This document shows positions 27,140-38,450 of a stretch of 64,000 nucleotides of DNA, in pieces. The DNA is from Mobula hypostoma (taxonomy: Eukaryota), in assembly GCF_963921235.1 (NCBI RefSeq), contig NC_086097.1, positions 155,312,001 to 155,376,000 of the forward strand. The letters are read 5' to 3'. The position numbers and the translations under genes are program-made. Within the stretch, counting starts at the first letter, position 1, and each line of letters starts with the position of its first letter. The notes below the pieces were generated by a model. That model was not told where the DNA came from. It ran no database searches and was given only the letters and a program-made list of their open reading frames with translations.

Positions 27140-27460
27140 TACTGACAACACCGCTGTTGTTGGGCTAAATCAAAGCTGGTGACAAATCAACATATAGGGA
27201 GATTGAAAACAACAACAACTTCTCACTGGACTTCAGCAAAATCAAAGAGCTGTTTCTTTGACTATTGGAGGAAGAATTCAGGGGTCTATCAGCCAGTCCT
27301 CACTGGGGGATCGGAGGTGGAGTGAGTCCGTAACTTTAATTTCCTTGGAATTGTCATTTCAGAGGATCTGTTCCGGGACATACGCGTAAGAGGCAATTCC
27401 AAGAATCTCAAGAAAGTGTCTCTACTGTCACAGACATTTGCGCAGATTCAGCATGCCACA
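27140..27460 (+). mobile_element. Rex1/L2-type RT fragment
   Basis: F.D.T.VVG..., NN..L..SK.KEL..D, FLG..ISEDL remnants. Confidence 0.65.
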
Positions 27461-29185
27461 CCGCAGTACGCTCCGCCTGTGTAGTGCCCTGAAAGGCAAT
27501 GCCCCTAGTCACGTGCTGGACTGGTCAGTGAACAGGACCCGAGGATTTGATGACACCAAATGAACTCTTTGCAAGGCTGCCCTCCCAGCACAACTGCTCC
27601 CCAACACACAAATTGCCATTGCTACCAACACTTCAGACCATGCTGTGGGTGCTGTGCACAAACAGTTGGTCGAGGGCATGTGGCAGCCGCTCGCCTTTGT
27701 CCCGCCCCCCCAACGCCATCTCCACATCTCCACCGCCGAAAGGAATTATAGCCATTTGACCAGATGCTGTCAGTCTCTATCTGGCTGTCCGCCAATTTAA
27801 TTTGATTCTAGAGGGTTGCCATTTCACAGGTTCGTTGACCACGAGTCCCTGCTGGCCAAAATATCAGACCCTGGCCTACATATCAGAGTTCATAATTGAC
27901 ATACAACACATTAGCATCATCTCACAGACAGCCATGTCAATGTGGAGCTGGTTGGTCCTCTTCCCCCCCATCCCCCACCCCCCGTGGTTTCACACACCTT
28001 TTTACCACGGTGGAACTTACCACCAGTTGGCCAGAGATCATTCCTCTAGCATCAGCAATGGCCAGAGATATAGCTCAGGCATTCATTATTACCTTGGTTG
28101 TTCGGTTTGACACCCATCTGACATTTCCTCTGATCACGGCTCCCAATTCATACCAGATGTCTGGCGTTAGGCTACATCACTCCATGACATATCATCCACA
28201 GTCAAACGTGACAGGAAATTCTGTGGTCATGTACAGAACACCCGAATGGCATGTTACCTCCCAGGTACCAGGCTCAGGGACATCTCAGACTGTGTCTACA
28301 GCATTTTAGAGGGGGAAAGAGAGCAGCCAGATGTCTTGCTACATATTGGTACCAATAACATAGGGAGGAAAAGCAAAGGGTTCCTGAATAGAGGATTTGG
28401 AGAGGCAAGAAGCAGGACCCCCAGGTTAGTAATTTCTGGATTGCTACCTGTGCCACGCGTCAGCGAGGGCAGAAACAGAATGATTTGGCAGATAAATGCA
28501 TGGCTGTGAAGCTGATTCAGGGCGCAGGGCTTCAGGTTCTCAGATCATTGGGATCTCTTCTGGGGGAGGTGTGAACTGTACAAAAGTGATGGGTTACACC
28601 TGAATCCGAGAGGGACCAATATTCTCACGGGCAAGTTTGTTAGGGTTGTTGGGGAGGGTTTGAACTAATTTGGCAAGGAGGTTGGAACTGGAGTGAAGGG
28701 ATGGATGGTAAAAAAGCAAAGATAGCATGCAGTCAGACTGTCAGATAGGGCAGGCAGATGATTGGACAAAACTGCAGCCAGCGGGTTGAGTATCAGTTCA
28801 CTGGGGATGCAGAATCAAAAAGGGTGGCAAATCCAGTACTCAAAGTGATATATCTCAATGCATGAAATAAGGTGGATGATCTTGTTGCTCTATTACAGAG
28901 TGTCAGGTATGATGCTGTGGGCATCACTGAATCGTGGCTGAAGGATGGTTGTAGTTGGGAGCTGAATGTCCAATGTTACACGCTGTATTGGAGGGATAAG
29001 AAGGTCAACAGAGAAGGTGGCGTGGCTCTGCTGGTAAAGAATGACATCAAATCAGTAGGAGGATGTGACACAGGATCGGAAGATGTTGAATCCTCGTGGG
29101 TTGAGTTAAGAAACTGCAAGGGTAGAAGAACCCTGATGGCAGTTATATACAGGCCTCCCACCAGTAACTGGGATGTGGACCACAG

Positions 29186-30120
29186 TAGAGTAGAGCTACT
29201 AGGACTTGATGTTTCAGTCCCTATGGTAAGTTGGCACTCTCGATGTTGGCAGTGGGTTTGGAGTGGTGACAAGGAGGGAGGGTAGGTACGTCATCAGGGT
29301 CATCAGGTGGGCACCCTCCTTCTTTGACGTTTCGTTGATAAGCCCACGACATCTCCAGAGGGCTCAACGGTGCTACCTGGCGTCCCAGATACACCCCCTT
29401 CAGTGCCATACCCTCCTGTCTTCATCTTGCAGCCCAGTTGTTGCCTTTCCTTTTAATCCAAATCAAATTGCTGCTTTCTTCTGCTGCATTTGACAAGGAC
29501 TTGATTGCTTGTTGGAGAGAGCGACCCCTCACCCCCATCTTCTTCAATAGACTGGTCGTAGATGTAGCAACGAATCCCCTGCATCCCTCTTCTACAGGGA
29601 AAATCTTGGTCTTCCAGCCATTCTGGGCAGCTTCAGTTGCCAGTTCAGAGTACTTGGTCTTTTTCCTCTCATAAGCTTCTTCGACACCATCTTCCCATGG
29701 TACTGTCAATTCCACAACATATACCAGCTTGGCTGTTGTGGACCACAGGACCATGTCTGGCCGGAGTGTTGTAGCCGCAGTGTCTGGGGGAAACACAAGC
29801 TTTTTTTCCGAGTCCACATCCATTTTCCAATCCCGAGCAACCTGCAGAATGCTTACATCTTTTGATGTTATATGCTGCTCTGGAGGTTGGCCTGCTGGTA
29901 CAAATCGTGTGATGTGGACAGCTCCTGCCAATGTTTGTGGGAGAGCATTTGTGGTGATTCGCCTCTGTTCCAAGATTGATGCCAGCTGTCTGAGAACTTG
30001 GTTATGCCACCAAGTGTACCGCCCCTGGGTGAGGCCCGTGGTGCATCCTGTTAAAATGTGCCTTAGTGATCCAGGTGCTTGACAAAGAGAGCAAGCGGGG
30101 TCTTCTCCCCACCACTGGTC
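29186..30120 (-). mobile_element. 5'-truncated RLE-type non-LTR retrotransposon (HERO-like, R2 group): CCHC knuckle, restriction-like endonuclease and 3' UTR
   Basis: Frame is open from 30120 to the stop at 29422: CSLC-x7-HILTGC, GRYTWWHNQVL, LRPDMVLWS, VELTVPWE, KKTKY, PVEEGCRGF; short (CTCTA)n tail; CR1 APE sequence rejoins across it. Confidence 0.9.
29291..29363 (-). ncRNA. Predicted non-circularly permuted hammerhead ribozyme with a kink-turn
   Basis: GAUGU-C-GUGGGC-UUAUCAAC-GAA-ACGUC-AAAGAA-GGAGGGU-GCCCAC-CUGAUGA-CCCUGAUGA; three stems can be drawn around intact core nucleotides; the proximal pairs of stem II are mismatched. Confidence 0.7.
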
Positions 30121-33100
30121 CAGGTTACAATTGGAAATAGAAAAAGTGTTGAACGGGAAATGTTATGACAGTCATGGGAAATTTTAACATGCAGGTGAGT
30201 TGGGAAAAATACTGTAGGGTGGTAAAGAATCGCAAGAGAGTGAGTTTGTTGAATGCCTACGAAATAGCTTTTTGAAGGAGTTTGCCATTAAGCCTGCTAG
30301 GGGATCAGTTATACTGGACTGGATGTTATGTATTGAACTGGAGGCAATTAGGGAACTTAAGGTAAAAGAACCCTGAGGAGAAGTGATCACAATATGATTG
30401 AGTTAAACTTGAAATCTGATAGGAAGAATGTAAAGTCTGACACAGCAGTATTTCAGTGGAGTAAAGGAAATGACAGTGGTATGAGAGAGGAGTTGGCCCA
30501 AGTAAATTGGACAGAGAGGCTGGCAGGGATGATAGCAGAGCAGCAATGACATGAGTTTCTGGAAGAAATGAGGAAAGTGCAGGATAGATGTATTCCAAAT
30601 ATGAAGAAATACAGATGGCAAAATAGTACAAACATGGCTGACAAGGGAAATTAAAGCTAATGTAAAAGCAAAAGAGAAGGCATATAACAAAGCAAAAATT
30701 AGCAGAAAGATAGAGGATTGGGAAGCTTTTAAAAACCTACAGAACAACTAAAAGAATCATTAGGAGGGAAAAGATAAAATATGAAAGCAAGTTAGCAAAC
30801 AATATCAAAGTGGATAATAAATGCTTTTTCATGAATGTAAATAAAAAAGCTGAGAATGGACATAGAACCACTAGAAATTGAGGTTTGAGGAATAATGGAG
30901 GACAAGGAGATGGTAGTAGATGAACTAAATAAGTATTTTGCATCAGTGTTCACTGTGGAAACACTCACAGTGTGCCAGATGTTGAAGGGTGTGAGGTAAG
31001 AGAAGTGAATGCAGTCAACTATTACAAGGGAGAAGGTGCTCAAAAAGCTGGAAGACTGATGGGTACATAAACCACTTGGACCAAATGAACTGCACCCTAG
31101 GTTCTGAAAGAGGTAGCAATGGAGATTGTGGAGGCATTAGTAATGATCTTTCACAATCATTGGACTCTGGCATGGTGCTAGAGGACTAGAGAAGTGCAAA
31201 TGTCACTCCAATCTTTAAGAAAAGAGGAAGGCAGCAGAATGGAAATTACAGACTAGTTAGCCTGACCTCAGTGGTTGGGAAGATGTTGGAGTCAATTGTT
31301 AAGGATGAAGTTATGGAGTACTTGGTGACACAGGATGATAGGACAAAGTCAGCATGATTTCTTTGAGGGAAAATCTTGCCTGGCGAACCTGTTGGAATTC
31401 TTTAAGGAGATTGCAAGTAGGATAGGTAAGAGGGATGTAGTGGATGTTGTATATTTGGACTTTCAGAAGGCTCTTGACAAAGTGCCACGCATGGGGCTGC
31501 TTACCAAGTTAAGAGCCTATGTAATTACAGGAAAGTTATCAGCATTGGCTGATTGTTAGGACGCAACAAGTGGAAATAAAAGAATCCTTTTCTGGTTGGC
31601 TGCCAGTGACTAGTGCTGTTCTGCAGGGGTCAGTGGTGGGACCGCTTCTTTTTATGCTGCATATCAATGATTTAGATGATGGAATAGATGGCTTTATTGC
31701 CAAGTTTGCAGATGATACGAAGATTGGTGGAGGGGCAGGTAGTGTTGAGAAAACAAGTAGGCTGCAGAAGGATTTAGACAGATTAGGAGAATGGGCAAGG
31801 GACTGGCAAATGATATACAATGTTGGAAAATGCATGGTCATGCTCTTTGGTAGTAGAAATAAATGTGCACACTATTTTTTAAATGGGGAGAAAATCCAAA
31901 AATCAGAGCTACAAGGGGACTTGGGAGTCCTTGTGCAGAACACCCGAAAGGTTAATTTGCAGATTGAGTTGGTAGTGAGGAAGGCAAGTGCAATGTTAGC
32001 ATTTATTTCAAGAAATCTAGAATACAAAAGCAGGGATATAATGCTGAGGTTTTATACGGCACTGGTGAGGCCTCAGTTTGAGTATTATGAACAGTTTTGG
32101 GCTCTTAATTGAAGAAAAGATGTGCCGGCTTTGGAGAGGGTTCAGAGGAGGTTCACAAGAATGATTCCAGGGATGAAAGGGTTATCATACAAGGAAAGTT
32201 TGATGGCTCTGGGTTTTTTTTTCACTGGAATTTAGAAGGACGAGGGGGATCGACTTGAAACCTTTCGAATGGTGAAAGGTCTGGACAGAATAGATGTGGA
32301 AAGGATGGTGGGGGAGTCTAGGACAAGAGGGCAAAGCCTTAGGGTAGAGGGGCATCCGTTTAAAACTGAGAAGGGGAGAATTTTTTTTAGCCACTCTGTT
32401 ACCACGGACAGCTGTAGAGGCCAGGTCGTTGGGTGTATTGAAGGCAGAGATTGATAGGTTCTTGATTGGACACAGCATTAAAGGTTACAGGAAGAAGGCC
32501 AGGGAGTGGGGCTGAGGAGGACGGAAAAGGATCAGCCAAGATTGAATGGCAGAGCAGACTCGATGGGCCAAATGGCCTAATTTGGCTCCTATGTCTTGTG
32601 GTCTTATGGTGAGTGGTTTCACCACTCCTTAAAGGCTGCTGGAGGGCTTCCCTGAGGATTAAGCGATGGCATGATCACCTCCCCTGGGTGTTGCTGGGGT
32701 TCACGGCTCCAAAAGATTACCTGCAGTCGTCTATGGCTGAGTTCATATATGGACAGCCATTACAAGTGCCAGGTGATTTTATTTGTGATACCACACCTGT
32801 CTGGTCAGCGTCTCAACAGTGTTCCTCCTCAGTAAAGTCTATTTCTTTACACCTATTCCTACCTCCCATGATGACTTGGGTTCTTGTTAACCAACACTCT
32901 GTCTCGTTTGTTTTCATCTGCCATGATGCACACCAACATCCCCTTAGACCCATTGACAATGGTCCATTCTGCATTTTGGAATGGAGAGAAAAGACTTTTT
33001 ATCTTAGATAGGAGGGGTAAACCTGAATGTATTTCAGTAGATAGTCTTAAACTGGCCCAGCAAGAGTTGGAGGTTTCTGCTACCATGCTCTTGGTATCAC

Positions 33101-33169
33101 AACATGACCATAAATATATCAACATACCTCAGGAGAAGCCAGAGTCACCTATCATTACTCCATGCAAAG

Positions 33170-33630
33170 TGCGTGAATGCTTGTATTGCCCTAGGTGCAG
33201 GCAGGACATGGAGCTGCTTGTGCACTGCTGCAACACTTGCGTGTCTCAGAAGGGGCCAGACCACTAGTCAAGGGTGCCAATGCAGCAGTAATTGGCGGGG
33301 GCCCAATGGAGCTTGTAGGAGTGGAGATCCTAGGCCCCTTCCCCCGCACTGATGCCAGGAACTGCTACGTGCTCGTGCCTATGGATTACTTTATAAAGTG
33401 GGCAGAGGTGAAAGTGGTCCCGGATCAGAGCACTACCACCACCACTCAGAGACTTGTGGAGGAAATCTTCTGCCATTTCAGCACCCCTAAGTAACTCCAC
33501 AATGACCAGGGCACAACTTTGAGGCACAGCTGTTTGGCAAGGTCTGCGGGTGGCTGGGAATCACCAAAATACAGACCATCCCCCTTCACCTGTAATGTGA
33601 TGGGTTGGTGTAGCATTTTAACCGCACCCC
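33170..33630 (+). mobile_element. Gypsy integrase fragment (different family)
   Basis: PMELVGVEILGPFPRT..YVLVPMDYF.KWAE..VPDQ..LH.DQG. Confidence 0.85.
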
Positions 33631-33659
33631 GGCTATGCTGCTAATGTGCTTGTCGCAAT

Positions 33660-34540
33660 AAAAACTGCAGTTGAGATAAACAAGCTTTTCATGTCTGTCT
33701 TTGTGGACTGAATGCTCACTGCAATACAATAGATTCAATGATAAACTACACACAAAGACTGACAAACAACCAATGTGCAAAAGAAGACAAACTACAAGTA
33801 CAACATAAATATAATAATAAATAAATTAGTAAATAAATAACATTGAGAACATGGGTTGTACTGCCTTTGAAAGTGAGCTCAAAGGTTGTTTTCAGTGATC
33901 TGTTTGGTTTTAAAGTAAGTGAAATTATCTACGCTCGTTCAGGAGCCTGATGGTAGCAGGGTAATAACTGTCCCTGAACTTGGTGGTGTAGGAAGTGAGG
34001 CCCCTGTGTCTTCTCCCTCTTAGCAACAATGAGAAGAGAGCATGGCCTGGATAGTGGAAATCCTTGAAAATTGATTCTTCTTTCTTGAGGCAATACTTCT
34101 TGTCGATGTGCTCGATGGTGGCTGGTGGGGCTTTTCCTTTGATGAACGAGACTGGATCCACCACTTCTTGTAGGCTTTTCCATTCTTGAGCATCAGACTT
34201 TCCATACCAGGCCATTATGCGATCAGTCAGGAAACTCTCTACTGCAATGAGGGCTGGCTCACGGAACCCCAGTATCTTTCTCCTGTAGTTAAAGAAACAG
34301 TTTGTTGCATTTGCTGATGTTGAGTGAGAAGTCGTTGTGGCACCTTTCATTTAGATTTTCAATGTCCCTACATGTTGATTTGGCACCAGCTTTGATTCAG
34401 CCGATAAGAGCAGTGTTGTCAGTAAACTAGAATATATCATTGGAGCTACCCTTGGCTTCACAGTCTAAAGTATAAACCGAGTAGAGCAGGGGTTAAGCAC
34501 ACTGCCTTGTGGTACATCTGTGCTGATGGTGATTGTGGAA
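33660..34540 (-). mobile_element. Rex1/Babar-type LINE RT-to-3' fragment
   Basis: TDVPQGSVL.P; ORF 33925-34350 ES.LT..I.AWYG..HALFSLL..GRR..DSYYP.TIRLLN. Confidence 0.85.
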
Positions 34541-34544
34541 AAGA

Positions 34545-34631
34545 TAATCTTGAAGTGGACGTGTGCCAGCAGCAGAAGACCACAAACATACACCCAACAG
34601 GAGGTACCTAATAAAGTGGCCACTGAGTGTA
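34545..34631 (-). mobile_element. Tc1/mariner-derived terminal fragment
   Basis: TA-CACTCAGTGGCCACTTTATTAGGTAC terminus; same family as 38091-38450. Confidence 0.65.
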
Positions 34632-35599
34632 TTCGTGACACGTACATCGAGACATACGGAGAAGTCTGTCGTTTTGCGTCAAATCAAGTCAGATGGGTTG
34701 AGAGATCAAAAGTACATCTTTATTGCATGAACACAAGAAATTCTGCAGATACTGGATATCCAGAGCAACACACACAAATTCCTGGTTGAACTCAATAGGT
34801 CAGGCAGCATCTATAAAAATGAATAAACATCAATGTTCTGGGCCAAGAGGGAAAGAAAGGGAAACACAAGAGAATAAAAAGGAGGGGACAAGGGTAAGGA
34901 GGACAATTTCATGTAAGTTCTGTTTGGGAGTTTTATAACAGCAGTTCAAAGATGTTCTTGAGTCTGTACTTGTATTCTCGAGCTTTTATATCTTTTGCTC
35001 AACAGAAGGGAGGGAAGAATGAATGATCAGGGTGGGAGCACACTCTGATCATATCAGTGGCTTTCAGGTCCTGTGGGTTAGTAGATTAAATGGTCACTGA
35101 AAATTGCCGGTCATGGATAGGTATTGGGTAGAATCTCTAGGGGAGTTAAGGTGAATCTGTCGTGAGTACCACACTCAGAATGCTGGAAAAACTCAGCAAG
35201 TCAGGCAGCATCTATGAAAGAAAATGAACAGTTGATGCTTTGGGCTAAGACCCTTCATCAGGACTGGAAAGGAAGGAGGTGTGGAGTAAAAGCCAAAATG
35301 AAGCTGAGGGAGGGGAAGGAGTACAAGCTGATAAGTGAACCAGGTGAGGGGAAGGTTGGTGGTTTGGGGAAGGGATTTGATGTAAGAAGCTTGGAGATCA
35401 TAGGTGAAAGAGTCTCCTAAATGTCCCTACTGTTTCTACCTCTCCCACCACACCTGGCAGTGTGTTCCATGCACTCACCACTCTCTATGTCAAAAATCCT
35501 TCCTGATATCCATCCTATATTTTCTGCTGATCACCTTAAAATTATGCCTCCTTGTATTAGCTCTAGGTGTTAATATTTTACTATCCACTCTATCTTCCT

Positions 35600-36175
35600 T
35601 TGTAACTTTGAGTCTTTAATTTTCTGGCATTTAGAAAATATTCTAAGCCTTTACTCCTTTGACCAAATTGCATGACCATACACTTCCCTACACTAAATTT
35701 CATCTGCCATTTTTTTGCCCATTCTCATCTAAGTCTTCTGCAGACTCTGTGCTTCCTCATTACTACCTGCTCCTCTACCTATCTTTGTGTCATCATCTGC
35801 AAGCTTGCCACAAAGCTATCAAATTCGTCATCCAAATCGATGACATACAATGTGAAAAGAAGCGGTCCCACTACTGACCCCTGTGGAACACAACTAGTCA
35901 CTAGCAGCCAAACAGAATAGGCCACGTTAATTCCCACTCTTTGCCTCACATTACTCAGGCAATCTTCTGTCCATCTACTGATACCATGGGCTCTCATCTC
36001 CTTAAGCAGCTGCATATGTGGCACTTTCTCAATGGATCCTTGTAAATCCAAGTAAATAACATCCACCGACTCTCCTTTGTTTGCCCTGGTCCATTTGACT
36101 TAGCCACCTCAGACTTCTCAGTTTCCCCAAGTACTTTCTTCTTAGTAATATCAACTACGCTCACTTCAGCCATAG
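35600..36175 (-). mobile_element. CR1 RT fragment
   Basis: DVIYLD.Q..KVPH..VTSCVPQGSVVGPLLF. Confidence 0.85.
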
Positions 36176-36473
36176 TTTTCTCCACCTATCTGCATAGACC
36201 TGCCCTCTATTCTGGGCAGCATCTGAGCAAATCTCTTCTGCACCTTCTCTAAAAGTTTCCACATCCTTCCTATAAAAAAGCACCAAGACTGTCAGTGGGA
36301 TAGAAGTAGTCCTTGAGCCTGGTGGTATGTGTTTTCAAGCTTTTTTATTTTGATAGGAGAGGGGAAACACATGCACGTCTGAGGAGAGGGTGGTCTTTGA
36401 GTATACTGTATGTTTCGATTATACACGTAATAAATAAATCTGAATCTGAATCTTTAGACAGGCTGCTCTCTCT

Positions 36474-36672
36474 GGTCACCAGTCAGAGATTATCTTGGAG
36501 AAGTGCACTGATTGCAGCTTTGCCATCATCTTTAAGGAGAGGAAGAAGAACCTGGAACTAGTGGCCAACAGCACCAAGGAGGCCCAGCACAGCACTTAAT
36601 GGCCTTATTAAACTCAAGAACAGAAACTCCAGCATGAAACAGAGAGCGCAGTCCTTTGCTAAGTGTGTCAGA
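36474..36672 (+). pseudogene. Partial tandem duplicate of the PLC-delta PH-domain exon
   Basis: Aligns by eye with 36968-37172: GHQSE..DCSFAIIFKERKKNLELVANSTKEAQH..NGLIKLKNRNSSMKQR. Confidence 0.85.
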
Positions 36673-36935
36673 ATAAAGAGTTAATGTTTTGGCCTGAGAC
36701 ACTTCATCAGGACTCATCCTAATTCCTGAAGAACAATACTGGCTTGAAACGTTGACTCTTTATTCCTCTCCATCCATGCTGCCTGACCTGTTCAGTCCCT
36801 CCAGCATTTTCTGTGTGTTAACATGGATTTCCTGCTTTTCTTCTATTTTTCTCTTGTATTTATTCACCTGAAACTGAATATCTTGTTCTGAAATCTGTTG
36901 CTGTTTTACCCCTCAACCCACCTGACTCCCCTCAG

Positions 36936-37147
36936 TCTTGATCAGTGACATCCAGGAGCTGAGGGCAGGTCACCAGTCAGAGGCTTAGGAAACCCACTGA
37001 TTGCAACTTCACCATCGTCTTCAAGGGGAGGAAGAAGAACCTGGAACTAGTGGCCAATAGCGCCAAGGAGGCCTAGCACTGGCTCAATGGCCTTATCAAA
37101 CTCAAGAACAGAAACTCCAGCATGAAGCAGAGGAAGCAGCTGGAGCA
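36936..37147 (+). pseudogene. PLCD1-like: Phospholipase C delta-like pseudo-exon, PH domain
   Basis: ctcag acceptor; LISDIQELRAGHQSE, frameshift at ~36983, LRK..FTIVFKGRKKNLELVANSAKEA*HWLNGL..MKQRKQLEH; TAG at 37074-37076. Confidence 0.88.
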
Positions 37148-37557
37148 TTATCCTTTGATAAGTGTGCCAGGAAAGAAGCATGTCATTTCACCCATTGTCT
37201 TCTCTGACAGTGGCCTCCAAGCTCAGCCCTCTGAAGGGGTCAAAGGCAGCAAGCATGTATCCTGCCTCTGAAGTACATAAACCCAAAAGTATAGGAGCAC
37301 AGAATCGGAATCAGGTTTATTGTCACTGACATAAACCTTGAAGTTTGTTTTGCATGAGGAAATACAATTTTAAGCCGAGACCCTTCATCAGGACTCTCTA
37401 CTTCCAGTAATTGTTCCCCCTCCCCTCTTCCCTTCTTCAATTCACCACTCAGGCCTCTTCCCACTTCTCCTCATCTACCTATCATCTCCCCTGGTGCCCT
37501 TCCACCTTCCCTTTTTCCCATGGTCCACTCTCCACTCTCCTCTTATCTTTCATCGTT

Positions 37558-37730
37558 GGCCGACTGGTGGCGTAGTGGCATCAGCGCAAGACTTCGGAGC
37601 GAAGGCTCCTCGGTTCGAATCCAGCCGGCTCCCTTGCATGTTTGGCCTTGTAAAAATAAGAAAGCCTGCTTAAAAAACGCCGTCATGACAGCATCCCAAT
37701 GACTCCACTCGGAGGTAAGGGCTAAAATAA
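37558..37730 (+). mobile_element. tRNA-derived SINE with 13-bp TSD
   Basis: A box TGGCGTAGTGG 37568-37578, B box GGTTCGAATCC 37612-37622; ATCTTTCATCGTT at 37545-37557 and 37731-37743. Confidence 0.9.
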
Positions 37731-37773
37731 ATCTTTCATCGTTACTGTCTTTGGTCCCTGCTTCTACCCTCAG

Positions 37774-38001
37774 AAATTTGACAAGTCGAAGAATGGAAAC
37801 ATCCATGGCACAGTAACGAAGGAGTTTTACAACCTGCACGAGATCGCCATTATCTTTGAAAACTACAGCAACAAAGAGCAGCTAATGCATGTGGAGAAGC
37901 TTAGGGAATTCCTATGGAAGGAACAAAGGGAGAATGTGAAGAAGACAGAACTCGGGTGTGTTCGTCAAAGATCATCGATATGTATGAAGTGAACGAGGAA
38001 G
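37774..38001 (+). pseudogene. PLCD1-like: PLC-delta-like pseudo-exon, EF-hand region
   Basis: cag|KFDKSKNGNI..EFYNL.EI..IFENYS..LM.VEKLREFLWKEQRE, frameshift, KIIDMYEVNEE|gtgagc. Confidence 0.85.
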
Positions 38002-38090
38002 GTGAGCCACATCCATCACCTCGAAGTTATGCTGCCAACGCTTTGGGGATGTTTTATCACATAACCTGTCATCTCAGAACACAGGACATA

Positions 38091-38450
38091 TACTCAGTGA
38101 CCACTTTATTAGATACCTCTAATATCTAATGAAATAACAACAGAGTGTATGTTCATGGTTTTCTGCTACTGTAAGATATCCACTTCATGGTTCAATGTGT
38201 TGTGCATTCAGAGATGCTCTTCTGCATACCACTGTTTTAACACGTAGATGTTTCTGTTTCTGTTGCCTTCCTGTCAGCTCGAACTACTCTAGCCATTCTC
38301 CTCTAACCTTTCTCATTAACAAGGCATTTCCACCCTCAGAACTGCTGCTCACTGGAATTTTCTTTGTTTTTGCACCATGATCTGTAAAATCCTGAGACTG
38401 TTGTGCGCGAAAATTGCAGGGGATCTGCAGTTTTGGAGATACTCAAACCA
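38091..38450 (+). mobile_element. Tc1/mariner-derived non-autonomous fragment
   Basis: tactcagtgaccactttattagatacct terminus and following sequence shared with 34545-34631. Confidence 0.6.

Larger units (their letters stand above)
28208..32590 (+). mobile_element. CR1 LINE (ORF1 esterase part plus ORF2), decayed, carrying a nested HERO-like element
   Basis: VLLHIGTN, VISGLLPVP, GITESWL, IYRPP, YLDFQKA, QGSVVGP, KFADDTK; tail atgtcttgtggtcttatggt. Confidence 0.95.
27490..33075 (+). mobile_element. Gypsy (CsRn1-like) pol remnant (RNase H and integrase), split by a CR1 at 28208-32590
   Basis: SDHAVGAV..Q...WQPLAF; LVGPLP..RGFTHLFT..WPE.IPL; YHPQSN at ~28190 resumes as F H.SLKA..WHDHLPWVLLG..VPGDF after 32591. 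Confidence 0.85.

Noticed and set aside
37558..37632. tRNA-Arg(TCG)-like gene
   Set aside because: The anticodon and T stems do not pair properly, and it has a 3' body and a 13-bp TSD, so it is a SINE head
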